64,000 nt of DNA from Candidatus Omnitrophota bacterium (GCA_013203315.1 JABMQJ010000026.1:32001-96000); one strand, 5' to 3'; counted from the stretch's first letter, positions 1 through 10,417 are shown. Notes: generated by a model from the letters alone, not told the origin. Translations and numbers: made by a program.

Positions 1-887
1 GCGTAAGTAACTCTCTTGCCGCTATTCTAAACGGCGCAAGGCAGGCCGAGTGCACCATTAACGGCCTCGGTGAAAGGGCCGGTAACGCGTCTTTGGAGGA
101 GATAGTCATGGCTATTGCCACAAGAGGCGATATACTTAATTTCAAAACGAAGATAAAAACAAAAGAAATCTATAAGACGTCACGCCTTGTCAGCAAACTT
201 ACCGGAATTCCCGTGCAGCCCAATAAGGCTATAGTAGGCGCCAATGCTTTTGCGCACGAAGCAGGTATTCACCAGGACGGACTTTTAAAGGAACGTACCA
301 CGTACGAAATCATGAAGCCACAGCACGTTGGTTTCGAGGAGACAAAGCTTGTCCTGGGAAAACATTCGGGTAGGCATGCCCTTAAAGCAAGGTTGAAAAA
401 AATGGGCTATACCCTGACCGATAAAGAGGTGGGAAAAGCCTTTGTTAGATTCAAGAAGCTGGCTGATAAGAAAAAGCAGATTTTCGATGAAGACCTGGCA
501 GCGATCGTAGAGGATGAAATCGGCACTACCCCCGAGGTTTATAAACTGGTGAGTTTTTATATTTTGAGCGGCAACAAGGTTACCCCGAGCGCAACAGTTA
601 CGTTGAAACACGAGGGCAGGAATCTTATAGCCAGCTCCACCGGAGACGGCCCTGTCGACGCATGCTATAAAGCCGTTGAAAAGATCGCGTTTATAAAACC
701 GAAACTTTTGTCTTACAATCTGAGCGCGGTAACTGCGGGTGAGGACGCCCTCGGCGAAGTTTCAATCAGAATTAAGATAAAAAAGCACGAGGTGAACGGC
801 AGGGGCGCATCGACAGACGTTGTCGAAGCGAGCCTAAAAGCGTACCTTAATGCCCTGAACAAATTTAAGGTATTAAACGCGAAATAA
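1..887 (+). CDS. leuA: 2-isopropylmalate synthase, 5'-truncated by window edge
   Basis: Frame is open from position 3 (VSNSLAAILNGARQAECTINGLGERAGNA). Contains AFAHEAGIHQDG, LGKHSGRHA and the C-terminal regulatory domain (GDGPVDA, GASTDVVEAS). Confidence 0.93.
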   Translation, partial: VSNSLAAILNGARQAECTINGLGERAGNASLEEIVMAIATRGDILNFKTKIKTKEIYKTSRLVSKLTGIPVQPNKAIVGANAFAHEAGIHQDGLLKERTTYEIMKPQHVGFEETKLVLGKHSGRHALKARLKKMGYTLTDKEVGKAFVRFKKLADKKKQIFDEDLAAIVEDEIGTTPEVYKLVSFYILSGNKVTPSATVTLKHEGRNLIASSTGDGPVDACYKAVEKIAFIKPKLLSYNLSAVTAGEDALGEVSIRIKIKKHEVNGRGASTDVVEASLKAYLNALNKFKVLNAK

Positions 888-900
888 CTTTTGAAATTTA

Positions 901-980
901 ACGGATAGCGGATAGCGTATAGCTGGTAAAAAGTGAAAATTCTTACAGAAACTATGCGTTATCCGCTATGCGCTATCCGT
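901..980. repeat. Intergenic imperfect inverted repeat built from tandem heptamers
   Basis: Left arm acggatag-cggatag-cgtatagc (901-923), right arm ctatgcg-ttatccg-ctatgcg-ctatccgt (952-980). The outer 10 bp are perfectly complementary. Confidence 0.8.
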
Positions 981-1004
981 AAGATGCGAATGAAAGTCAA
1001 AATT

Positions 1005-1856
1005 ATGAAAACATACGGCCTTCTGGGAAGGAACATAAATTACTCGCTTTCGCCCGCTATGCATAACGCAGCGTTTAGGGCGCTAGGACTGGATGCGGAG
1101 TATAAAATTTTCGATATTCCGGAAAGCGGTATCAGCGGTTTCTTTTCGGATTTGAAACAAGGTAAAATCTCGGGTTGCAACGTAACGATTCCGCATAAGG
1201 AAAAAACGCTTGAGTTTGTTGACGAATGTCACAATCTCGCAAAAGACATAGGGGCTGTAAACACTGTTGTTACTAAAGCCGCCAAACTTCATGGGTATAA
1301 CACTGACTATCAAGGTTTCGTGAAAGCGCTGACGGGGAAAAACGAGAACGACCTTGATTTTAACCCTAAGGGTAAAGAAATTTTTGTATTCGGCGCAGGT
1401 GGCGCCTCAAGAGCCGTTATTTTTGGCCTTGTAACTTTGGGAGCAAAAAAGATCGCTATAGTCGACATCGATGAAGCAAAAGCCGAAGAACTCGCCTCGT
1501 CTGTTATAAAAACCCACGTGGGAAATTCTTTGATAACGGTCGTAAAAGACAGGACTAAATATGAAGAATTTATATCAAAATCCGATCTTTTGATCAATGC
1601 GACACCGTGCGGTGTGGAAGAAAAAGATCCCACACTCTTTGATTATAGGTATATTCATGAAAAATTACATGTTTTTGATTTGATTTATACCAAAGAAACC
1701 CGGCTCGTAAAGGAAGCCCGGCCGCGTAGCGGAAAATCAATTAACGGATTAAATATGCTTTTGTATCAGGCAACCGAAGCGTTTACGCTTTGGACAGGCA
1801 TGCCGGCACCGCTTGAGGTGATGCAAAAAGCACTTCGGGAAGGAATCGATAAATGA
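1005..1856 (+). CDS. aroE: Shikimate dehydrogenase
   Basis: SLSPAMHN, NVTIPHK, GAVNT, GYNTD, GAGGA, NATP, DLIY, GLNMLLYQA. Start moved to ATG 1005 (MKTYGLLG) because the 933 extension runs through the repeat. Confidence 0.95.
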   Translation: MKTYGLLGRNINYSLSPAMHNAAFRALGLDAEYKIFDIPESGISGFFSDLKQGKISGCNVTIPHKEKTLEFVDECHNLAKDIGAVNTVVTKAAKLHGYNTDYQGFVKALTGKNENDLDFNPKGKEIFVFGAGGASRAVIFGLVTLGAKKIAIVDIDEAKAEELASSVIKTHVGNSLITVVKDRTKYEEFISKSDLLINATPCGVEEKDPTLFDYRYIHEKLHVFDLIYTKETRLVKEARPRSGKSINGLNMLLYQATEAFTLWTGMPAPLEVMQKALREGIDK

Positions 1857-2620
1857 TTATTGTTCTTTCCTTTATTATAGGCGCTATCTCGGGCAGTTTT
1901 ATGAACGTGTGTATTTACAGGTTGCCGCGCAAGGAATCAGTAGTAAGGCCGCGTTCTCATTGCCCGTCATGCGCCAGGGCGATACCGTGGTACGATAACG
2001 TCCCGATTTTAAGTTTTTTGATGTTGGCCGGAAAATGCAGATTTTGTAAAAAAAGAATTTCCGTGGTTTATCCGATTGTTGAAATCCTTTCGGGGTTGAT
2101 ATGTGTTTTACTTTTTTTAACTTTTGGGTTAACAGTTAAATTTTTCATACTATGGTATTTTTTAAGCGCCCTGGTTGTAGTTTCATTCATCGATCTACGG
2201 ATTCATGAAATACCGGATGAAATTACGCTTTCAGGAATAGCGCTCGGGATGGTTGCGGCAGCTTTGTACCCCCCGCTCTTGGGTAAGGTAGGGCATCTTT
2301 CATCTTTGCTTGATTCGTTTCTCGGGGTTATAGTAGGAGGGGGAAGCATTTATCTACTAGGTTTTATCGGAGAATTTATTTTTAAAAAAGAAGCAATGGG
2401 AGGCGGAGACGTTAAACTCCTGGCGATGATAGGCGCTTTTTTAGGATGGAAATTAGCCATCTTTACTTTTTTCCTGGCGCCGCTTTCCGGATCTATAGTG
2501 GGTATTACACTTAAAATAAAAAAGGGCGAAGAAATAATCCCCTACGGACCGCACCTCTCTCTGGCGGCTGTAATAGCGTTGTTTTATGGAGAGAGGCTTT
2601 TAAGAGGTCTGTTTTTTTAA
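1853..2620 (+). CDS. pilD: Type IV prepilin peptidase (A24, PilD/ComC-like)
   Basis: GSFMNVCIYRLP, RSHCPSC...GKCRFC Zn motif, FIDL, MGGGDVKL, IPYGPHL, multiple TM segments. Confidence 0.93.
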   Translation: MIIVLSFIIGAISGSFMNVCIYRLPRKESVVRPRSHCPSCARAIPWYDNVPILSFLMLAGKCRFCKKRISVVYPIVEILSGLICVLLFLTFGLTVKFFILWYFLSALVVVSFIDLRIHEIPDEITLSGIALGMVAAALYPPLLGKVGHLSSLLDSFLGVIVGGGSIYLLGFIGEFIFKKEAMGGGDVKLLAMIGAFLGWKLAIFTFFLAPLSGSIVGITLKIKKGEEIIPYGPHLSLAAVIALFYGERLLRGLFF

Positions 2621-2631
2621 AGGAGGAAACA

Positions 2632-3759
2632 ATGCGAATACGATATTTAACCGCAGGCGAATCGCACGGTAAGGCGCTTGTCTCGATTATAGAGGGAATT
2701 CCAAGCGGCATGAAGCTTGACGTTGGGTTCATTAACGATGAGCTCGCAAGGCGCATGAAAGGCTACGGCCGAGGGAAAAGAATGCTTATAGAAAAAGACA
2801 AGGTGCAAATTTTATCCGGAACAAGGAAGGGGAAGACGCTTGGAAGCCCTGTCACCCTTCTTATTGAAAATAAGGATTTCAAGATAGAATCTCTCCCATC
2901 CATAAGCTGTCCGAGGCCGGGACATGCTGATCTGGCAGGCGCGCTTAAATTCGGAGAACGGGACATAAGAAATATTCTGGAAAGAGCATCGGCACGTGAA
3001 ACCGCTTCGAGGGTAGCAACCGGCGCGCTTTGTAAAATTCTTTTAAGCGAATTCGGCATAAAATTTTTAAGCCATGTTGTAATGATCGGCGGCATTAAAG
3101 CCGAAAAGAGGTTTTCATTCGGCAAGATGAAGCTTCTCGCGGAAAAATCAGCCGTGAGGTGCGTGGATAAAGACGCCTCCGAATTAATGAAAAACGAAAT
3201 ACAGGATGCCAAAGATGCGGGTGACACTTTAGGCGGTACCTTTGAAGTGGTTGCAGAAGGCATTCCGTGCGGTTTAGGTAGTTACACGCAGTGGGATAGA
3301 AGGCTCGATGGAAACCTGGCAAGGGCCGTCATGGCGATTCCCGGCATCAAGGCCGTGGAAATTGGCGCAGGTTTCAACGTTGCCATAAAACGCGGCTCCG
3401 AGGTGCATGACGAAATATTTTTTGAGAAAAGCTCAAAAAAATTCAAAAGAAATCAGAATGCAGCAGGTGGCATAGAGGGCGGCATTACAAACGGAGAGGA
3501 TCTCATTTTGCGCGCAGCGATGAAACCGATAGCTACGCTTGTAAAGCCCTTAAGGTCGGTAAACATAAATACCAAAAAAGCCACGAAGGCTCAGGTGGAA
3601 AGGGCCGACGTTTGCGTTGTGCCGTCTTCGGGCGTTATAGCCGAGGGCGTCTCGGCTATTGAGATAGCGTGCGCCATGACAGAAAAATTCGGCGGTGATT
3701 CGCTCATCGAAATGAAACGAAACTACGAAGGATACTTGAAGCAGATTAAAAAGTTATGA
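2632..3759 (+). CDS. aroC: Chorismate synthase
   Basis: TAGESHG, PRPGHAD, ERASARETA, GGIEGGITNG, AMKPIATL. AAGGAGG RBS upstream. Confidence 0.97.
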   Translation: MRIRYLTAGESHGKALVSIIEGIPSGMKLDVGFINDELARRMKGYGRGKRMLIEKDKVQILSGTRKGKTLGSPVTLLIENKDFKIESLPSISCPRPGHADLAGALKFGERDIRNILERASARETASRVATGALCKILLSEFGIKFLSHVVMIGGIKAEKRFSFGKMKLLAEKSAVRCVDKDASELMKNEIQDAKDAGDTLGGTFEVVAEGIPCGLGSYTQWDRRLDGNLARAVMAIPGIKAVEIGAGFNVAIKRGSEVHDEIFFEKSSKKFKRNQNAAGGIEGGITNGEDLILRAAMKPIATLVKPLRSVNINTKKATKAQVERADVCVVPSSGVIAEGVSAIEIACAMTEKFGGDSLIEMKRNYEGYLKQIKKL

Positions 3760-4271
3760 AAAATATAGTACTAGTCGGCTTCATGGGAACGGGCAAAACA
3801 GCCGTTGCCAAAGAGCTATCCAGAAAACTCGGAATGAAATACATATCTACAGACGATATTATCGAAGAGATAGAGAAAATCAAGATATCAAATATTTTCT
3901 CTGGAAAAGGAGAGGATTACTTTAGAAAAGTAGAAAAAAAAGTTATTAAAGACATCTCGGAGATGGAGAATGTCGTTATTGACGCCGGCGGCGGTGTTTC
4001 GATAGACCCCGAGAACGTGCAAAATCTAAAGGAAAAAGGCATTATCATATGCCTGTGGGCGGAACCGGAAGTTATTTTGGAAAGAACGAAAAAATATGCG
4101 CACAGGCCATTATTAAACGTAAGCGATCCCCTGGCGAAGATAAAGGAACTCCTCGAAAAGCGAAAACCTTTTTACGAAAGAGCCGATCACCACATAGTTA
4201 CCTCGAAGTTATCTTTGGACGGTGTAATCAACGAAATCGAAAGGATTATAAAGGATGCAAAAAAAGATTAG
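3756..4271 (+). CDS. aroK: Shikimate kinase
   Basis: LVGFMGTGKT P-loop, GEDYFR, GGG, RPLL. Overlaps the aroC stop. Confidence 0.95.
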   Translation: MKNIVLVGFMGTGKTAVAKELSRKLGMKYISTDDIIEEIEKIKISNIFSGKGEDYFRKVEKKVIKDISEMENVVIDAGGGVSIDPENVQNLKEKGIIICLWAEPEVILERTKKYAHRPLLNVSDPLAKIKELLEKRKPFYERADHHIVTSKLSLDGVINEIERIIKDAKKD

Positions 4272-5286
4272 CAAAGAAATAGTCAACATGTTGGAAGGAT
4301 ATGAAACAATATCAGGAAAAGCAGGCTACGCTGTTTTCATACATGACACGAGAGGCAACATTTTTGAAGTAAATAAGAGGGCCGAAAAGCTGACAGGGTA
4401 TCCCAGAAAAGAATTGCTAAACATGAATGTAATGCAATTGCACACAAAAAAAGAACTAAATACCTCTATCAGGAAGCTTCGGCTAATAGAGGAGACAAAA
4501 AGAGAGGTTGAATTCGGATCTCAAATGCAGAAAAAAAACGGAAAAGCGATAAACGTAAAAATCACGGGGGATAAATTTAAATTTAAAAATATCACTTTTG
4601 TCATAGGCATGGTAAGAGAGATCGCGCCCCACGCAAAATTATGGAAAGCAAAAAAGAGAAGAAGTACCACAAAGCCAAATAGCGATAAATTCTCTAAACA
4701 GGTAAAAAATATGAATAAAGAAGGCATCGGCTCTCTTCATCTTTTGATAGAGATTGCTGAAGCAAGAGACCCCTATACAATGAAACATTCCGTAAAGGTA
4801 AAAAAATACGTAGAACTTCTGGCGCGGCGCGTGGAATTTTCCGAGAAAAATATAGAAAGTTTAAAACTTGCTTCAATGCTTCATGATATAGGAAAAATCG
4901 GAATAGATCAGGATGTACTTACCAAACCCGGCGCTTTGACTAAAGCAGAATACAGTAAAGTAAAAAAACATCCGCTCTTAAGCACAAAGATGATAAGACG
5001 CATACCGGTTGTCGATAAGCAGATATCAAAAATCGTGAAATATCACCACGAAAATTATGGCGGGGGCGGTTATCCCACAGGCTTAAGGGGCACAAAGATT
5101 CCTTTAGGTGCCCGCATCCTGGCCATAGCTGACACGTATGATGCCCTAAGAAGTAATCGGGCCTATCGAAAGGCGTATTCCTACCCGGAAGCAGTAGGAA
5201 TTATGAAAAGTGAGCGTGGAAAGAGATTTGATCCTAAGCTGGTAGACATATTTTTGGATTGTCTGCAATCCGAGGCAAAGAAGTAA
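4255..5286 (+). CDS. PAS + HD-GYP domain protein (probable c-di-GMP phosphodiesterase)
   Basis: N-terminal PAS (VNKRAEKLTGY..ELL). C-terminal RDPYT..HS, LHDIGK, HHENYGGGGYP, ARILAIADTYDA, RAYR, FDP. Confidence 0.9.
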   Translation: MQKKISKEIVNMLEGYETISGKAGYAVFIHDTRGNIFEVNKRAEKLTGYPRKELLNMNVMQLHTKKELNTSIRKLRLIEETKREVEFGSQMQKKNGKAINVKITGDKFKFKNITFVIGMVREIAPHAKLWKAKKRRSTTKPNSDKFSKQVKNMNKEGIGSLHLLIEIAEARDPYTMKHSVKVKKYVELLARRVEFSEKNIESLKLASMLHDIGKIGIDQDVLTKPGALTKAEYSKVKKHPLLSTKMIRRIPVVDKQISKIVKYHHENYGGGGYPTGLRGTKIPLGARILAIADTYDALRSNRAYRKAYSYPEAVGIMKSERGKRFDPKLVDIFLDCLQSEAKK

Positions 5287-5308
5287 AAGGAGAAGGCATA
5301 GGGCTTAA

Positions 5309-6193
5309 ATGCAAATAAATAGAATAAGCATAAGCGATAACGAATACCCGGCCGGCTTGCGGAACATATTTATACCGCCTGAGGAGCTTTTTGTTAACGG
5401 CGAGATTTTACCCCGGGATGATAATGCCATAGCTATTGTCGGTACAAGGCGGGCTACTCGCTACGGGTTGGAAGAGGCGAAAAAGCTTTCTTACGATTTG
5501 GCTTTAAAAGGGATAACAATTGTTAGCGGCATGGCGAGTGGTATTGATACTGCCGCGCACAAAGGGGCGCTTGCCGCAGGCGGAAGGACGATAGCTGTTT
5601 TGGGAAGTGGTCACGATTATATTTATCCGCTTGAAAATAAAAAATTATACGATGAAATCACAAGAAATGGCGCCGTAGTGACGGAGCACCCCGGAAATAC
5701 CCGCCCGTTCCCGCAGAATTTTCCCAGAAGAAACAGAATTATAAGTGGCTTGTCAAAAGGCGTAGTCGTAGTTGAGGCCCCGCAAAAAAGCGGCGCCCTG
5801 ATAACGGCGAATTTTGCCCTCGAACAGGGCAAGGAAGTATTTGCGATGCCGGGTAATATAAATTCGACAAGATCAGACGGTACCAACGCCCTAATAAAAG
5901 AAGGTGCGAAGCTCTTAGCTAGTGCTAACGATATACTCGAAGAATTGAAATACGTTATGCCCGTTTCGGCCGAACCCGCCCCGGATCGTAACCATGATAA
6001 AGAATTGTCTCTTAAGAACTTGTCTTCCGACGAGAAGACAATATTCGGTATTTTAGATTACAAGCCAAAATCAAGAGATGAAATTTTAGAAACCATAGAT
6101 CTCCCCGTACAGGAGCTTTCGAAAGCATTGCTTGGGCTGGAGTTGAAAAAGCTTATTAAAGCCCTTCCGGGAGAAAATTTTACAAAGGTGTAG
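5309..6193 (+). CDS. dprA: DNA-processing protein DprA/Smf
   Basis: AIVGTR, VSGMASGIDTAAH, FPRRNRIISG, SGALITA, C-terminal winged helix. Confidence 0.95.
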   Translation: MQINRISISDNEYPAGLRNIFIPPEELFVNGEILPRDDNAIAIVGTRRATRYGLEEAKKLSYDLALKGITIVSGMASGIDTAAHKGALAAGGRTIAVLGSGHDYIYPLENKKLYDEITRNGAVVTEHPGNTRPFPQNFPRRNRIISGLSKGVVVVEAPQKSGALITANFALEQGKEVFAMPGNINSTRSDGTNALIKEGAKLLASANDILEELKYVMPVSAEPAPDRNHDKELSLKNLSSDEKTIFGILDYKPKSRDEILETIDLPVQELSKALLGLELKKLIKALPGENFTKV

Positions 6194-6196
6194 AAA

Positions 6197-8239
6197 ATGT
6201 CAAAAAAAGCAATTGTTATAGTAGAATCACCCGCTAAGTCCAAAACGATCAATAAAATCCTCGGCCCGGATTATGTTGTGCTCTCCAGCATGGGGCACAT
6301 TGTGGACCTGCCGAAAAATAAAATGGGGATTGACGTTGAAAATGACTTTAAACCTGAATACATCGTAATCCAGGCCAGAAGAAAATACATGGCGCAATTA
6401 AAGAAGGAAGTTAAGAAGGTTGACACAATCTACCTCGCAGCTGACCCGGACAGAGAGGGCGAAGCGATAAGCTGGCATCTCAAGAAACAGCTTGGCAAGG
6501 GAAAGAAGGTCTTCAGGGTTACCTTTGACGAGATTACCGAAACCGCGGTAAAAAAGGCTTTCAAAAACCCGCACCCTATCGACATAAATCTTGTCAACGC
6601 CCAACAGGCGCGCCGCATCTTAGACAGGATCGTCGGTTATAGTTTAAGCCCACTTCTCTGGAAAAAGGTTACGCGAGGCCTTTCAGCAGGCAGGGTGCAG
6701 TCCGTAGCCGTGAGGCTCGTTGTGGATAGGGAGGCGAAGATAAAAAAGTTTGTTCCGGACGAATACTGGGACATAGAAGCGCATTTAAAGAAGAAAAACA
6801 AAGAGGAACGCCGCTTTTTCTCGGCAAAACTCGAGAAAATAAATAAAAAAGATTTCGAGATCAAAAACGAAAAGGATATCGAAAGTACGGTAGAGGATAT
6901 AAAAAAGAACGAGTTTGTTGTATCGAAAATAAAAGAGGCTAAGAAGAAAAGATCTCCCCAGGCGCCGTTTACAACATCAAAAATGCAGCAGGACTCTTTT
7001 AACAAGCTGCATTTTCCCGTAAATAAAACCATGCGCGTGGCTCAGCAGCTGTATGAAGGCGTGGAATTGGAGGGCAAAGAGAGCGTGGGTCTTATCACGT
7101 ACATGCGAACTGACTCTGTCAAGGTATCGCACGACGCGCAGGAGGCCGCTGCAAAGCATATACTGAAAGTTTACGGCAAAAAATATTATCCACAGAAACC
7201 AAACGTCTACAAATCAAAAAAAAGAGCGCAGGAAGCGCACGAATGTATAAGGCCCACACTTCCCCTGAGGACCCCGGAGAGCGTGAGAGAATTCCTGGAG
7301 CCGGATCAGTTTAAATTGTACGAACTTGTCTGGAAAAGATTCATATCAAGCCAGATGACCCCGGCGCTGCATTCTGTAAATACCGTAGAGATAGAAGCCG
7401 GTATCTATCTTTTTAGAACCTCCGGCACAAAAGTCGTCTTTGACGGTTTTATGGTCCTATATCCGGTTATAACCGCGCCCGAAGCAGAAGACGAAAAGCG
7501 ACAAATGCCATGGAAGATACCCATGCTGGAAATCGGGGAACGCTTAAATCTGATGAAATTGATTCCCTCGCAGCATTTTACGAAGCCACCTGCCCGGTAC
7601 TCTGACGCTACGCTAGTCAAGGCATTGGAGGAAAAAGGTATCGGAAGACCGTCTACTTACGCCCCTATTATCTCGACAATTATTATTCGCCATTACGTAA
7701 AGCGGATAAGGGGTTATCTGCACCCCACCGAACTCGGCGATATCATAATAGAGCTACTCGTAAAACATTTTCCTAAGATAATGGAATCGAATTTTACCGC
7801 AGAAATGGAAAACGAGCTCGATGATATAGAAGAAGGAAAAATCGAATGGCGCATGGTCCTGAAAAATTTCTACGCACCCTTTATGAGCAGAATCGACGCA
7901 GCGAAGGAAAATATGAAGAGCATAAAGAAAGAGGGCGTAAAAACCGACGAAATTTGTGATCTTTGCGGTAAGCACATGATTATCAAATGGGGACGGCGCG
8001 GAAAATTCTTAAGCTGTTCGGATTTCCCGAGATGTAAATTCGCTAAATCCATAACAACAGGTATAAAATGCCCGGCCCCGGACTGTGAGGGAGAACTCAT
8101 AGAGAGGCGTTCAAAGAGGGGCCCTTTCTACGGCTGCACGAAGTACCCGAATTGCAAGTATACCTCAAGGGGCCTGCCGAAGCAGGAAGAAAACCCCGAA
8201 GAAACGAAGAAAGAAGAACCAAAAGAAGATACCCCATAA
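6197..8239 (+). CDS. topA: DNA topoisomerase I
   Basis: IVESPAK, DPDREGEAI, SAGRVQS, ITYMRTDS, QEAHE, GIGRPSTY, C-terminal Zn ribbons. Confidence 0.97.
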   Translation: MSKKAIVIVESPAKSKTINKILGPDYVVLSSMGHIVDLPKNKMGIDVENDFKPEYIVIQARRKYMAQLKKEVKKVDTIYLAADPDREGEAISWHLKKQLGKGKKVFRVTFDEITETAVKKAFKNPHPIDINLVNAQQARRILDRIVGYSLSPLLWKKVTRGLSAGRVQSVAVRLVVDREAKIKKFVPDEYWDIEAHLKKKNKEERRFFSAKLEKINKKDFEIKNEKDIESTVEDIKKNEFVVSKIKEAKKKRSPQAPFTTSKMQQDSFNKLHFPVNKTMRVAQQLYEGVELEGKESVGLITYMRTDSVKVSHDAQEAAAKHILKVYGKKYYPQKPNVYKSKKRAQEAHECIRPTLPLRTPESVREFLEPDQFKLYELVWKRFISSQMTPALHSVNTVEIEAGIYLFRTSGTKVVFDGFMVLYPVITAPEAEDEKRQMPWKIPMLEIGERLNLMKLIPSQHFTKPPARYSDATLVKALEEKGIGRPSTYAPIISTIIIRHYVKRIRGYLHPTELGDIIIELLVKHFPKIMESNFTAEMENELDDIEEGKIEWRMVLKNFYAPFMSRIDAAKENMKSIKKEGVKTDEICDLCGKHMIIKWGRRGKFLSCSDFPRCKFAKSITTGIKCPAPDCEGELIERRSKRGPFYGCTKYPNCKYTSRGLPKQEENPEETKKEEPKEDTP

Positions 8240-8245
8240 GAGATT

Positions 8246-9118
8246 ATGAAGCGGTATATAGATAAATTTAAAAACTATCTGACTGTTGAGAAAAACTATT
8301 CCCCGCACACGATAAAAAACTATTTTATCGATTTAAACGAGTTCTCCGAGTTTCTGTCCGAAAGAAGCGTGCAGGATGTTGATTATCTTACGGTAAGGAA
8401 GTTTCTTGCGCATCTCCGACAGAGGCAAATTTCCAAGCGTTCGGTAGCAAGAAAACTATCCAGTCTCAGGACATTTTTTAAATTCCTACAAAGAGACGGA
8501 TATACGAAGAATAATCCCGTTGCAAGCGTATCAACGCCTAAATTGGACAAAAAATTACCTGTCTTTCTTGATGAGAAAAGCGCCTTAAAGCTCGTAACGG
8601 CGCCTAACAAGAATACCTTCCAGAGCGCAAGGGACAGGGCCATACTCGAAACGCTTTATAGTACAGGCATAAGGGTGGGCGAACTGGTAGGCATCGATAT
8701 CGATGACGTGGATATTATAAGCGGTGTAGTCAAAGTGTTGGGAAAAGGCCGAAAAGAGCGTATTGCGCCTTGCGGGGATAAAGCAATAAGCATTATCCGC
8801 GAATATTTAAAGTATAGAAACGTAAAAATAAGCCAGGATAAAAAAGCGCTCTTTTTAAATAAATCAGGGAAACGCTTATCAGACAGAAGCGTAAGGCGTA
8901 TCGTTGATAAATATATAAAAGATGTCGGAACTAAAGAACATATTTCGCCGCATACATTGCGCCATTCTTTTGCGACACATCTTTTAAATAGGGGAGCGGA
9001 TCTTCGTAGCGTACAGGAACTTTTGGGGCACAAGAACCTTTCGACCACGCAGATCTATACGCACGTAACGATGGAGCGCCTTAAATCAGTGTACGATAAG
9101 GCGCATCCCCGGGCATAA
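8246..9118 (+). CDS. xerC: Tyrosine recombinase XerC
   Basis: RDRAILETLYSTGIR, GKGRKER, HTLRHSFATHLL, LLGH, TTQIYTH. Conserved dprA-topA-xerC order. Confidence 0.88.
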   Translation: MKRYIDKFKNYLTVEKNYSPHTIKNYFIDLNEFSEFLSERSVQDVDYLTVRKFLAHLRQRQISKRSVARKLSSLRTFFKFLQRDGYTKNNPVASVSTPKLDKKLPVFLDEKSALKLVTAPNKNTFQSARDRAILETLYSTGIRVGELVGIDIDDVDIISGVVKVLGKGRKERIAPCGDKAISIIREYLKYRNVKISQDKKALFLNKSGKRLSDRSVRRIVDKYIKDVGTKEHISPHTLRHSFATHLLNRGADLRSVQELLGHKNLSTTQIYTHVTMERLKSVYDKAHPRA

Positions 9119-9130
9119 CGGACAGGACGC

Positions 9131-10396
9131 ATGACCATATACGATATATCTTTCTTCATGTTTTCCATAATATACCTGCCGTACCTTGTCGTAAAAGGCA
9201 AGGCGCATAAAGATTTTATGCAAAGATTCGGCAAATTATCCCCGGATTTTAAAAGGACGAGTTTACTGAAACCTGTGTGGATACACGCTGTAAGCGTAGG
9301 CGAAGTCCTGGCTGTTAAAAATTTCGTGGAGAATTTTCAAAAAAGATTTCCGAAACAAAAAATAATTCTTTCCACAACCACAAGAACGGGAAACGCTGTA
9401 GCCGGAAAAGTATTGAATAGGGATGTTTTAAAATTCTATTTTCCACTGGATTTTAGTTTCGTTGTTAAGCGGGTGGTGGATTTCATTAACCCGTCTATTT
9501 TGATTATTATGGAAACCGAGATTTGGCCGAATCTCATTTTGGAGCTATCCAAAAGAAGGCTTCCCATCGTTCTGATAAACGGAAGGATTTCAGATAAGTC
9601 GTTTAAGGGGTATCGAAAAATAAAATTTTTCTTCGGAAAAATACTCAAAAAAATAAATTTATTTTGCATGCAAACAACCGAAAGCGCCGAAAGAATAAAA
9701 GCCCTGGGCGCGGCCCCATCAGGCGTCAGGACAACGGGAAATATGAAGTTTGACGTACGCGAGCTTTCACAGCAGGAGAAACTCATGCCAAATCTTGAAT
9801 TATCCGGCAAGCTTATTATTGCCGGTAGCACGCATGCAGGTGAGGAAGAAATCGTATTAGAGGTATATAAAGAGCTTTTAGAAGCTTCAGACAGCCTCCA
9901 GCTTCTCATAGCGCCGCGGCACATAGATAGAGCCGAAGCAATAAAGAAAAAGCTGGAACAATATGGATTCGAGGGTATATTAATGTCGCAGATTGAAAAG
10001 GGCGCACGCAAGGCTCTTTCAAAAAAAACAATTCTTATTCTGGATACGCTCGGGGAATTAAAACATCTTTATAGCCTGGCAACGATTGTTTTTATGGGGG
10101 GAAGCCTCATAAAAAGAGGCGGGCATAATATAATAGAACCGGCAATATCGGGAAAACCCATCGTGTTCGGGCCTTACATGTTTAATTTTAAGGATATGGC
10201 AAGATCTTTTCTTGAAAATAACGCTGCCTTAGAAGTTAAAAATAAAAGGGCGTTAAAAGAAACATTGCAATTATTACTAAAAGACGAGAATAGGAGAATC
10301 GCGTTAGGACGTAACGCGAAAGGTTTAATAGACAAAAGTAGGGGCGCTACGGAAAGAAACATAGATGAGGTTGCGCTCCTTTTAGAAAAACGATAA
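9131..10396 (+). CDS. waaA: 3-deoxy-D-manno-octulosonic acid (Kdo) transferase
   Basis: WIHAVSVGE, ETEIWPN, GNMKFD, AGSTH, APRH, GGHNIIEPA. Confidence 0.95.
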   Translation: MTIYDISFFMFSIIYLPYLVVKGKAHKDFMQRFGKLSPDFKRTSLLKPVWIHAVSVGEVLAVKNFVENFQKRFPKQKIILSTTTRTGNAVAGKVLNRDVLKFYFPLDFSFVVKRVVDFINPSILIIMETEIWPNLILELSKRRLPIVLINGRISDKSFKGYRKIKFFFGKILKKINLFCMQTTESAERIKALGAAPSGVRTTGNMKFDVRELSQQEKLMPNLELSGKLIIAGSTHAGEEEIVLEVYKELLEASDSLQLLIAPRHIDRAEAIKKKLEQYGFEGILMSQIEKGARKALSKKTILILDTLGELKHLYSLATIVFMGGSLIKRGGHNIIEPAISGKPIVFGPYMFNFKDMARSFLENNAALEVKNKRALKETLQLLLKDENRRIALGRNAKGLIDKSRGATERNIDEVALLLEKR

Positions 10397-10417
10397 TTTT
10401 AGGAAGGCGGTTATTAT

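Noticed and set aside
933-1004. N-terminal extension of aroE given by the ORF track
   Set aside because: It translates the heptamer repeat arm. The AroE-like sequence begins at ATG 1005.
8246-9118. Tyrosine recombinase as an integrase of a mobile element
   Set aside because: It sits in the dprA-topA-xerC housekeeping context with no att sites, tRNA or cargo genes.
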